From an uncultured Clostridium sp. (GTDB taxonomy: Bacteria > Bacillota_I > Bacilli_A > RF39 > UBA660): DNA of 64,000 nt. The translations under genes were made by a program, and so were the position numbers. The stretch is from positions 3,198 to 67,197 of the forward strand of contig CAZOBH010000001.1 of NCBI GenBank assembly GCA_964578175.1. The letters run 5' to 3'. The notes under the pieces were generated by a model that saw only the letters and a program-made list of their open reading frames with translations, did no database searches and was not told the origin of the DNA. Below are positions 30,774 to 38,407 of this stretch, piece by piece. Every line of letters starts with the position of its first letter. Position 1 is the stretch's first letter.

Positions 30774-31748
30774 TCACCTCTTTATATCATTTATTACTTT
30801 ATTTATTAATTTAGTTATTTCATCTAATGATAAATCTATAACTTCTGCAGCAGCTTCAAATTCGGATCCTCCACCTCCAAATTTTTCCATAATCTTACCA
30901 GCATTTACTTTTCCATTAGATCTACAACTAATTCCTATCTTATTTTTATCAATTTTACCATATACAATTGCTAATTCAATATTTTTAAAAGTTAGCAAAA
31001 TATCTGCAGTTTTTGCAAATTCAACTTTGTCATAGATAATATTTTTTCTTCCTTTTGCATAAGCAATATTCTTCTTTGTTTTAACTGATGAAATAATCTT
31101 TTGTCTATTAATATACTTATATATATTTTGTTTCAAATATTCATTTACTACCTTCATTGATGCCCCATTCTTAACTAGATAATGAGAATAGTAAAATGTT
31201 CCTTCTGATACATTTAATTGGTAATAGTTAGTGTCTAAAACTATTCCTCCAAGCAATAAATTTGCTATTTTTTTGGTAATCTCTATTTGCTCGTAATCAA
31301 AAATTGATGATATTATTTCACATGTACTAGATGCTTCTTCATCTACAATCATTAGAGCCTTTTTAATACTTTCTTTATTAGTTCTATGATGATCTATAAC
31401 AATAATATTATTGAATTTATCTAATATTTTTGGATTTTGTATTAATTTTTCTTTATTAGTATCCAATACATAAAGCAAACTATTATTATCAACTAAATCT
31501 TTTAAATCCTTACTTTTAATGAAATTAATTACATCATTAAATTCATCAAGTACCATTTTAACAGCTGTTTCATGTTTAATATCATCAACTATAATATATA
31601 TTTTTTTATTACTTTCTTTTAAATAATAGTTAAAAGCAATACAACTATTGATTGCATCTAAATCCATATTTCTATGAGCAACAACAAAAATATTTGATGC
31701 TTTTTTATTCATTTCTTTAATTGTAGCTAAATTCTCTATTATTTTCAT
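30774..31748 (-). CDS. Stand-alone DHH/DHHA1 phosphoesterase in the gdpP position (no TM/PAS/GGDEF N-terminus)
   Basis: Motifs [12 protein letters not shown] (VIDHHR) and a DHHA1 glycine-rich motif [13 protein letters not shown]. It lies directly upstream of rplI-dnaB, like gdpP (yybT). Confidence 0.75.
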   Translation of the reverse strand: MKIIENLATIKEMNKKASNIFVVAHRNMDLDAINSCIAFNYYLKESNKKIYIIVDDIKHETAVKMVLDEFNDVINFIKSKDLKDLVDNNSLLYVLDTNKEKLIQNPKILDKFNNIIVIDHHRTNKESIKKALMIVDEEASSTCEIISSIFDYEQIEITKKIANLLLGGIVLDTNYYQLNVSEGTFYYSHYLVKNGASMKVVNEYLKQNIYKYINRQKIISSVKTKKNIAYAKGRKNIIYDKVEFAKTADILLTFKNIELAIVYGKIDKNKIGISCRSNGKVNAGKIMEKFGGGGSEFEAAAEVIDLSLDEITKLINKVINDIKR

Positions 31749-31809
31749 AAATACACTCCAAAATCACTTATTATTATACTATACTTTTTCTTATATGTCA
31801 TTTTCTAAA

Positions 31810-31836
31810 ATAAAAAAGACTTATTAAGTCTTTTAT
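31810..31836 (-). terminator. Terminator after spoVG
   Basis: Palindrome AAAGACTTATTAAGTCTTT overlapping the stop codon, followed by a T-run on the minus strand. Confidence 0.6.
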
Positions 31837-32117
31837 TCTTCTTCACTATTTTCTTCAGTATCTTCAGCTTTATCATAAGCTTCAAGAATCTCTTTTTCAA
31901 ACATTGATCTAGTTTCAGGATTAATTGGATGAGCAATATCACGATATCCACCAGTAGCAGTTTTTCTACTAGGCATAGCAATGAATAAACCATTATCTCC
32001 TTCAATGATTCTAATATCATGTATTGCAAAGCAATCATCTAATAATACTGATGCAATACCTTTCATGCGTGAACTATCCTTATTAATTTTACGCACATTA
32101 ACAGATGTAATCTTCAT
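31833..32117 (-). CDS. spoVG: Septation / RNA-binding protein SpoVG
   Basis: MKITSVNVRKINKDSSRMKGIASVLLDDCFAIHDIRIIEGDNGLFIAMPSRK is a canonical SpoVG N-terminus. Confidence 0.92.
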   Translation of the reverse strand: MKITSVNVRKINKDSSRMKGIASVLLDDCFAIHDIRIIEGDNGLFIAMPSRKTATGGYRDIAHPINPETRSMFEKEILEAYDKAEDTEENSEEE

Positions 32118-32158
32118 GTCTGTTCCTCCCTCTTAAAGTACCATCACTTTATAACTTA

Positions 32159-32187
32159 ATTTTATTATTTTATATAGTAAAAGTCAA
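32159..32187 (-). promoter_or_regulatory. SigA-type promoter of spoVG
   Basis: On the minus strand, TTGACT, a 17-nt spacer, then TAAAAT. Confidence 0.5.
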
Positions 32188-32200
32188 TAAAATTGTTAAA

Positions 32201-33649
32201 TTAAACAAGTGATAGTAAATTTTTATTAGGATGTCTTAATTTTCTTAAAGATTTTGCTTCTATTTGTCTTATTCTTTCTCTAGTTACCTCAAACATATTA
32301 CCTACTTCTTCTAAGGTTTTAGTAGTACCTTGTAAAAATTGATATGAAGCCCTAGTAATTTCATTACTATAATTTTGTAATACATAATATACAGTATTAA
32401 TATTTAATTGTTCTTTATTACGATCTTCGCTATTTCCAAATAAATAATTATATTCTGCTGTAACAGCAGCTATAAAATCATAATTTCCACGACTGATATT
32501 TGATTCTCTATAATCATCTTGAGCAATAAACTCCATTATTGTTTTCTTAATACCTTTTTTCTTATCAGCATTAGTTTTAGCTTTAGTTGAAACAGGTTCT
32601 TTACCCTTGTTATATTCTCTATTTAATTCATCTATATCTTTTCTATCTTCTTCAGATAAATGAGTTATAACATATCTTAAACATAAAGCTGCTTTTTCTT
32701 CATCAGATACTACACCATCATATAAACCAATTTTTAATATGTTAACCATTCTTTCTCTAATATTCACTGTATCAAGAGCACTGTTTATAGTTTCAGTTAT
32801 AGTACTTCTCATAGCCATTGTCTCTATATCTGTTCCTTTGTCAGCAATAAAATCTACCAATGTAGAATCTTCTTCTTCACCAATTGGTTGATCTAATGAT
32901 TCTAAATCTAATGCATACTTTTGAATTTCTTTATATCTATCAAGAGTTAAATTACACTTAGCTGCTATTTCTTCAGATGTTGGCTCTCTACCAAGTTCAA
33001 GAGTTAATCTTCTTTCCATCATACTTATTTTATTTATTTGTTCTGTCATATGTACCGGTATTCTAATTGTTCTAGATTGATCAGCTATTCCTCTTGTTAT
33101 AGATTGTCTTATCCACCACATAGCATAAGTTGAAAATTTAAATCCTTTAGTTACATCAAATCTATCTACTGCAATCATAAGACCTTCATTACCTTGTTGA
33201 ATTAAATCTAAGAAATCTAATCCTCTTCCAATATATTTTTTTGCTACAGCAACTGGAAGTCTAAGATTATGACTAGCAAATTCATTTCTTAATTTTTCAT
33301 ATTCTTCTTCAGTTAAATTAGGATCTCTCATTTTAAAGGCTGCAGCTACCTCTTCTTCTCTTGTATATAAAGGAATCTTTCCAATTTCTCTTAGATATTG
33401 AGCTACTGGATCTAAACTTGATTTAGTATTTGATGCATAAATCTTTTTAAACTCTTTTTCAACATCATTATCAACTGCTTCATCTGATATAACATCTATT
33501 CCAGATTGAGCTACAAATCTATCCATTGCATTCTTTTCAGGAGCAGTTAATTCATACTCAGAATACATATCATCTAATTCTTCTATTGTTATTGATTTTT
33601 TTCCGTCTTCTATTAATTTTTTCTTTAATTTTTCTAAGGCTTCTCTCAT
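32201..33649 (-). CDS. sigA: Primary-type sigma-70 factor (RpoD/SigA-like) carrying a ~130-aa insertion between regions 4.1 and 4.2
   Basis: Region 1.2 DPVAQYLREIG, region 2 with the rpoD box YAMWWIRQSITRGIADQSRTIRIPVHM, region 3, region 4.1 IRERMVNILKIGLYDG, and region 4.2 TLEEVGNMFEVTRERIRQIEAKSLRKLRHP. Confidence 0.88.
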   Translation of the reverse strand: MREALEKLKKKLIEDGKKSITIEELDDMYSEYELTAPEKNAMDRFVAQSGIDVISDEAVDNDVEKEFKKIYASNTKSSLDPVAQYLREIGKIPLYTREEEVAAAFKMRDPNLTEEEYEKLRNEFASHNLRLPVAVAKKYIGRGLDFLDLIQQGNEGLMIAVDRFDVTKGFKFSTYAMWWIRQSITRGIADQSRTIRIPVHMTEQINKISMMERRLTLELGREPTSEEIAAKCNLTLDRYKEIQKYALDLESLDQPIGEEEDSTLVDFIADKGTDIETMAMRSTITETINSALDTVNIRERMVNILKIGLYDGVVSDEEKAALCLRYVITHLSEEDRKDIDELNREYNKGKEPVSTKAKTNADKKKGIKKTIMEFIAQDDYRESNISRGNYDFIAAVTAEYNYLFGNSEDRNKEQLNINTVYYVLQNYSNEITRASYQFLQGTTKTLEEVGNMFEVTRERIRQIEAKSLRKLRHPNKNLLSLV

Positions 33650-33706
33650 TTCCTATTCCCCCTTTGAACAGTTATTAAAATACTACAAAATGGTAAAAAA
33701 GTCAAT

Positions 33707-33727
33707 AAAAAAGGCCTTTGCTGGCCT
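33707..33727 (-). terminator. Terminator after rsmA
   Basis: Stem AGGCC / GGCCT with loop TTTGCT, followed by T6 on the minus strand. It overlaps the rsmA stop. Confidence 0.65.
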
Positions 33728-34505
33728 ATAATTGATTAGATAAATCTATAAATGTTTTTATATCAATTTGTTCCGCTCTAGAACTTAGATTAAAGTTATG
33801 TTCTTCTAATACCTTCTCTACTATATCTAAATCATAGTTATATAAATTATTTTTTATTGTTTTTCTTTTAAATCTAAAACTATCTCTAATTAGTTTTAAA
33901 AATTTATTTTCATCTTTAACTTCATATTCACCCTTTTTTCTTTCTAACGAAATAACAATACTATCAACATTAGGAACAGGATAAAAAGAATCTCTTTTAA
34001 CTATAAATAATTTATTAATATTATAATAATAATTTAAATAAACTGTAATTGAAGAATAATCCTTAGTACCAGGTCTTGCACTAAATCTTTCACCTACTTC
34101 TTTTTGAACCATTAATATTACTTTTTTTGTATCTATTTTAGAATTAATAATATGTTCAATAATAGGTGTAGTTATATAGTAAGGAATATTTGCAATAACA
34201 TAAACAAATTCACAATCATATTCTTTAATATCTTCACTAACATTTCTATTTAAAAAATCATCATATATTATTTTTACATTTGTTTTATTAAATTTGTTAT
34301 CTAAAGTTTCTTTTAATTCTAAATCTATTTCATAAGCAAGTACATATTTTGCTTTTTTAGACAACTTAGAAGTTAATGCTCCATCTCCTGGTCCAATTTC
34401 AATAACAAGTGAATTAGATTCAATATTACTACTATCAACAATTTTATCTAATACGTTTTCATCTCTTAAAAAGTTTTGACCAAACTTCTTTTTAAATTTA
34501 TGCAT
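33726..34505 (-). CDS. rsmA: 16S rRNA (adenine1518/1519-N6)-dimethyltransferase
   Basis: MHKFKKKFGQNFL..., EIGPGDGALT and NIPYYITTPI. The track ORF reaches 34538, but the ATG at 34505 follows an AGGTGGGGA RBS and overlaps the upstream stop. Confidence 0.92.
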   Translation of the reverse strand: MHKFKKKFGQNFLRDENVLDKIVDSSNIESNSLVIEIGPGDGALTSKLSKKAKYVLAYEIDLELKETLDNKFNKTNVKIIYDDFLNRNVSEDIKEYDCEFVYVIANIPYYITTPIIEHIINSKIDTKKVILMVQKEVGERFSARPGTKDYSSITVYLNYYYNINKLFIVKRDSFYPVPNVDSIVISLERKKGEYEVKDENKFLKLIRDSFRFKRKTIKNNLYNYDLDIVEKVLEEHNFNLSSRAEQIDIKTFIDLSNQL

Positions 34506-35091
34506 TCCATCCCCACCTAACAATTGTATAAGTAACATTGTTTCTACCTATGTTAACATCTTTTTCAGAAGCAAACAATAGATCCATTAATTCTCCTTTT
34601 ATTGCTCCACCTCTATCTAATATAATTGCGTAAAAATCTTTATATCCTTTTAATCCAGATACTCTTACAACTGTACCACATGGGAATTTTTTATCAGCAG
34701 CTAATATTCTTAATTTTCCATAAGTTTTATCATTGTGATATATATTTCCGTTCTTTGCGTTATGTCTAGGTGGACAAGCAAGATTTCCTCCACAACCCTT
34801 ACAATCAGGCCCATATCCAGTCATTTTACCTGTAAATACAACAGGTTGTCTACTAGCTACTTTAACTACTTCATTAACATTTTTTACTTCTTTAACATCT
34901 ACGTTTTTGTTTTTATATACATATAGTAAATTAACAGCTCTTAATGATCTATTTTTACTTAAATCGTATGTTTTATATGTTTTAACTTCAAAGTTACTAC
35001 AAATAACAAATAAAAAAAGAGCCAAAAAAACCATTATAATTGATAACTTTGATACAAATATAATTCTTTCTCTTTTCTTAGCTCTTATCAT
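34498..35091 (-). CDS. Membrane-anchored 3D-domain (RlpA/MltA-like double-psi barrel) cell-wall protein, short YabE-like
   Basis: N-terminal TM helix. The C-terminal GTVVRVSGL...AIILDRGGAIKGELMDLLF carries the conserved Asp residues of the 3D domain. Its position between tatD and rsmA matches B. subtilis yabE. Confidence 0.7.
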   Translation of the reverse strand: MIRAKKRERIIFVSKLSIIMVFLALFLFVICSNFEVKTYKTYDLSKNRSLRAVNLLYVYKNKNVDVKEVKNVNEVVKVASRQPVVFTGKMTGYGPDCKGCGGNLACPPRHNAKNGNIYHNDKTYGKLRILAADKKFPCGTVVRVSGLKGYKDFYAIILDRGGAIKGELMDLLFASEKDVNIGRNNVTYTIVRWGWNA

Positions 35092-35123
35092 ATTATTTAC
35101 CTTCTAATATCATATTAGCAAAG

Positions 35124-35882
35124 TTAGATATTTAGGTCAAATAATTTTTTTGTATTATCAGTTGTTATTTTTCCAACTTCTTCAATTGATATTTCTTTTT
35201 GTTTTGCTATTTCTTCTGCTATTAATGGAATATATTTAGGTTCATTTTGTTCTCCTCTAAAAGGAGTTGGTGCAAGATATGGAGAATCTGTCTCTAACGT
35301 AATTCTATCAATTGGAATACTTTTTATAGTTTCTTTTAAATTAGTATTTTTAAAAGTAAGAACTCCTCCTATTCCTATATAAAATCCTAATTTCATATAT
35401 TCCTTTGCTGTTTCAATTGATCCACTAAAGCAATGAATAATACCTTTAACTTTATATTTTTTTAATGTATTAATAGTATCTTCTGTAGCATCTCTTGTAT
35501 GAATAACTACAGGAAGTCCTAATTTTTCAGCTAGTTCTAATTGTTTTTCAAATAAACCTATCTGTTTATCTTTATTTTCTTTTACCCAATGATAATCTAA
35601 ACCAATTTCCCCAACACCTATAATTCTTTTATTAGTTTTAATTAATTCTTCTAACCATTCTAAATCACTAGCATTAACATTATCAACTTCATCAGGATGA
35701 AATCCAATCGTTAAATATATATTATTATATTTTTCTATTAACTCTAAAGATTCTATAATATCTTCTTTAGAACACCCACTAACTATTAATACATCTACTT
35801 TATTATCTTTAGCATTGTTTATAACTTTATCTATATCTTCATAATACTCTTTTAATATATGACAATGATTATCAACAAACAT
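35124..35882 (-). CDS. tatD: TatD-family metal-dependent DNase/hydrolase (YabD-like)
   Basis: MFVDNHCHIL..., GEIGLDYH, HTRDA, GIIHCFSG and ETDSPYL. The track ORF extends to 35987 through a low-complexity region that overlaps the metG end; the ATG at 35882 has a GGTGA RBS. Confidence 0.9.
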   Translation of the reverse strand: MFVDNHCHILKEYYEDIDKVINNAKDNKVDVLIVSGCSKEDIIESLELIEKYNNIYLTIGFHPDEVDNVNASDLEWLEELIKTNKRIIGVGEIGLDYHWVKENKDKQIGLFEKQLELAEKLGLPVVIHTRDATEDTINTLKKYKVKGIIHCFSGSIETAKEYMKLGFYIGIGGVLTFKNTNLKETIKSIPIDRITLETDSPYLAPTPFRGEQNEPKYIPLIAEEIAKQKEISIEEVGKITTDNTKKLFDLNI

Positions 35883-35925
35883 ATTTATCACCAAAAAAAT
35901 TATAACATAAAAAAAGATTAATAAA

Positions 35926-37473
35926 TTAATCTTTCTTTTCTTCAATTCTATCATATAAATGAATAGGTTCATTAAGTATAGTTCCAACTTCTAAAGATCC
36001 AAACTCATAAACAGTATCAAAATCCTTTTTATCAGTATTTAATTGTTCAAATATTTTTTCTGCAGTATCAGGTAAAAAGGCTTGTAAATAAACTGAACAG
36101 ATTCTTATACTTTCTAATAAGTTATATAAAACTGTACCTAATCTTTCTTTTTTGCTTTCGTCTTTTGCTAAAATCCATGGAGTTGTATCATCAATATATT
36201 TATTACACTTTCTTAGTGTATCAAATATAATTTGAAGAGAATCACCTATTTTTAATTCATCCATTTTCTTAGGTACTGTGCTATTTAAATCTAATACATT
36301 CTTAATTAGTTCTTTATCAACATCTTCTAAAGACTTATTATCTTGCACTACTCCATCAAAATATTTTTTATTCATGCTTATTGTTCTATTAACTAAATTA
36401 CCTAAAGTATTAACAAGATCACTATTTATTCTTTCTATCAAAATATCTCTTGTATATACACCATCTGAAGCAAATGGAATTTCATGTAAAAAGAAATATC
36501 TTATAGCGTCTACTCCAAACTCATTTACTAGATCATCAGCATAAACAACATTTCCTAAAGATTTGCTCATCTTACCATCCCCAACTATTAACCAAGGATG
36601 TCCAAAGACCTTTTTAGGAAGTGGTAAGTCTAAGCTCATTAAGAAACAAGGCCAATATATAGTATGGAATCTAATAATATCTTTTCCAATTACATGCAAA
36701 TCAGCTGGCCATCTATCTTTAAATTCTTCTGATTCATTTCCATCCGTATCATATCCAATATTAGTAATATAATTCGTTAAAGCATCTAACCAAACATACA
36801 CAACATGTTTAGAATCAAAATCTACAGGTATTCCCCATTTAAACGAAGTTCTTGATACACATAAATCTTGTAGACCTGGTTTAATAAAATTATTAATCAT
36901 TTCATTTTTTCTAGCTTCAGGTTGTATAAAATCAGGATGAGATTCAATATATTCAACTAATCTATCTTGATATTTTGATAATTTAAAGAAATATGCTTCT
37001 TCTTTTTTTGGTTGAACTTCTCTTCCACAGTCAGGACATTTTCCATCAACTAATTGACTTTCAGTCCAAAAAGATTCGCATGGAGTACAATAAAGACCTT
37101 CATATTCACCTTTGTAAATATCTCCTTTATCAAACATCTTTTTAAATATATGTTGAACTTTTACTTCATGATCAGGATCTGTTGTTCTAACAAATCTATC
37201 ATAACTAGTATTCATTATATCCCAAATATTTTTTATTTCACCTGCTACTTCATCTACAAATTCTTGAGGTGTTTTTCCTGCATCTTTTGCTTTTAATTCA
37301 ATTTTCTCACCATGTTCATCTGTTCCAGTTTGAAAATATACATCATAACCTTGTAATCTTTTGAATCTAGCAATTGCATCAGCTAACACTATTTCATAAG
37401 TATTACCAATATGTGGTTTACCTGATGTATAAGCAATTGCTGTACTTATATAATATTTTTTTCCTTTTTCCAT
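35926..37473 (-). CDS. metG: Methionine--tRNA ligase (short, type without C-terminal tRNA-binding domain)
   Basis: MEKGKKYYISTAIAYTSGKPHIGN (HIGH motif), a zinc knuckle CPDCGR and KMSKS. The track ORF extension to 37533 covers the T-box terminator and is rejected. Confidence 0.93.
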   Translation of the reverse strand: MEKGKKYYISTAIAYTSGKPHIGNTYEIVLADAIARFKRLQGYDVYFQTGTDEHGEKIELKAKDAGKTPQEFVDEVAGEIKNIWDIMNTSYDRFVRTTDPDHEVKVQHIFKKMFDKGDIYKGEYEGLYCTPCESFWTESQLVDGKCPDCGREVQPKKEEAYFFKLSKYQDRLVEYIESHPDFIQPEARKNEMINNFIKPGLQDLCVSRTSFKWGIPVDFDSKHVVYVWLDALTNYITNIGYDTDGNESEEFKDRWPADLHVIGKDIIRFHTIYWPCFLMSLDLPLPKKVFGHPWLIVGDGKMSKSLGNVVYADDLVNEFGVDAIRYFFLHEIPFASDGVYTRDILIERINSDLVNTLGNLVNRTISMNKKYFDGVVQDNKSLEDVDKELIKNVLDLNSTVPKKMDELKIGDSLQIIFDTLRKCNKYIDDTTPWILAKDESKKERLGTVLYNLLESIRICSVYLQAFLPDTAEKIFEQLNTDKKDFDTVYEFGSLEVGTILNEPIHLYDRIEEKKD

Positions 37474-37489
37474 ATTATCCCTTCTTTCA

Positions 37490-37701
37490 ATAAAAAAAGT
37501 GATACCAATAAGGACGAATTCTCGTGGTACCACCTTAATTCATAACTAAAGTTATCTCAAAATCTTAACGCGATTAACGTATTAGTTTAATTATTCAACT
37601 AACAAGCTCCAGAACCATTCTCAATACTTTCCTCTAGCTTACTTTCACCTAACTAAGCTCTCTTTTATAGAGTTCCATATATCTCTTTCCTTCTTTGCTT
37701 T
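37490..37701 (-). promoter_or_regulatory. T-box riboswitch leader (predicted Met specifier AUG) controlling metG
   Basis: On the minus strand: stem I motifs AGAGAG and GGTGAAA, an AGTA turn, candidate specifier ATG at 37618-37616, the T-box sequence AATTAAGGTGGTACCACG (37540-37523), and a terminator hairpin plus T7 ending about 37492. Confidence 0.85.
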
Positions 37702-37707
37702 TTTTGT

Positions 37708-37716
37708 ATTATATCA
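37708..37716 (-). promoter_or_regulatory. Extended -10 promoter element (TGATATAAT) for the metG T-box leader
   Basis: Exact TGnTATAAT on the minus strand, just upstream of the leader. Confidence 0.55.
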
Positions 37717-37727
37717 CTTTTAATTAT

Positions 37728-38351
37728 TTATTCAACTGTTTTTTTATTTATATCTTTAAACCTATTAAACGCTTCAGTTGATAAATTCTTTAATGTTTCA
37801 TTTCTTAATAAAACTTCACTCTTGATTTTATCAATAATCGTATCACAATAGAAATCATTTATATAACTAATAATTTGATCTTTAACTTCTTCATTAGGTA
37901 ACTTATAAAGTAAAGATGCTTTTATAGAGAAATTAATACATATTTCTTCTCTTACTTTTAAATCTATATTAGATTCTAACTCTTCTGTTGATTCATCTAT
38001 ATATTTATGAAAATTTTCTATATATTCATCAGTTATATTTTTATAATCTACTTTTTGGTCAAAGAAATTTAATATCTTATCTTTACGTTCTTTTATTCTA
38101 TCAAGAGTTATCTCTTTTAACACTTCTGCTTCTTTAGAAACAAAATCCTCTACTTTATTCTTTTTATAATTAATTCCATTATCTTCATATGTATCTTCTA
38201 TATATCTATTTAATCCAATTTCTTTTAAATCTATAAAATTACTTAAAGTTCTATTTAAAGAATCGGCATTATTATTAATATCAAGATTAATTTTATTCTT
38301 TAATATTTCGAAATTTTTTTCCATAAACATGTCATTTATGTCATCTCTCAT
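37728..38351 (-). CDS. Hypothetical protein (207 aa, helical, Asn/Lys/Glu/Asp-rich)
   Basis: ORF-track entry in the coding orientation of the replichore. I recognise no family or motif. Confidence 0.45.
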   Translation of the reverse strand: MRDDINDMFMEKNFEILKNKINLDINNNADSLNRTLSNFIDLKEIGLNRYIEDTYEDNGINYKKNKVEDFVSKEAEVLKEITLDRIKERKDKILNFFDQKVDYKNITDEYIENFHKYIDESTEELESNIDLKVREEICINFSIKASLLYKLPNEEVKDQIISYINDFYCDTIIDKIKSEVLLRNETLKNLSTEAFNRFKDINKKTVE

Positions 38352-38407
38352 ATTTTCACCTTTTTCCTATTGTAATATTATCAAATCACCTTAATGTAGT
38401 CAAGGAA

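Noticed and set aside
31805-32038. 77-aa minus-strand ORF overlapping spoVG in another frame
   Set aside because: It is entirely nested in the well-conserved spoVG CDS. It has a Leu/Ile/Lys-rich, low-complexity translation and no RBS.
32318-32713. Possibility that the sigma-factor insertion is an intein or a mobile insertion
   Set aside because: There is no Cys/Ser/Thr at the N-terminal junction with a His-Asn plus Cys/Ser/Thr at the C-terminal junction, no endonuclease motifs, and no flanking repeats at the DNA level. The reading frame and codon style are continuous with the host gene.
35883-35987. Upstream extension of the tatD ORF overlapping the metG 3' end
   Set aside because: The hydrophobic, low-complexity peptide overlaps metG by 62 nt. 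The conserved TatD start MFVDNHCH has a GGTGA RBS at the proper distance.
37474-37533. Upstream extension of the metG ORF (MVPREFVLIGITFFIERRDN)
   Set aside because: It translates the T-box terminator/antiterminator region. The conserved MetRS N-terminus and the RBS are at 37473.
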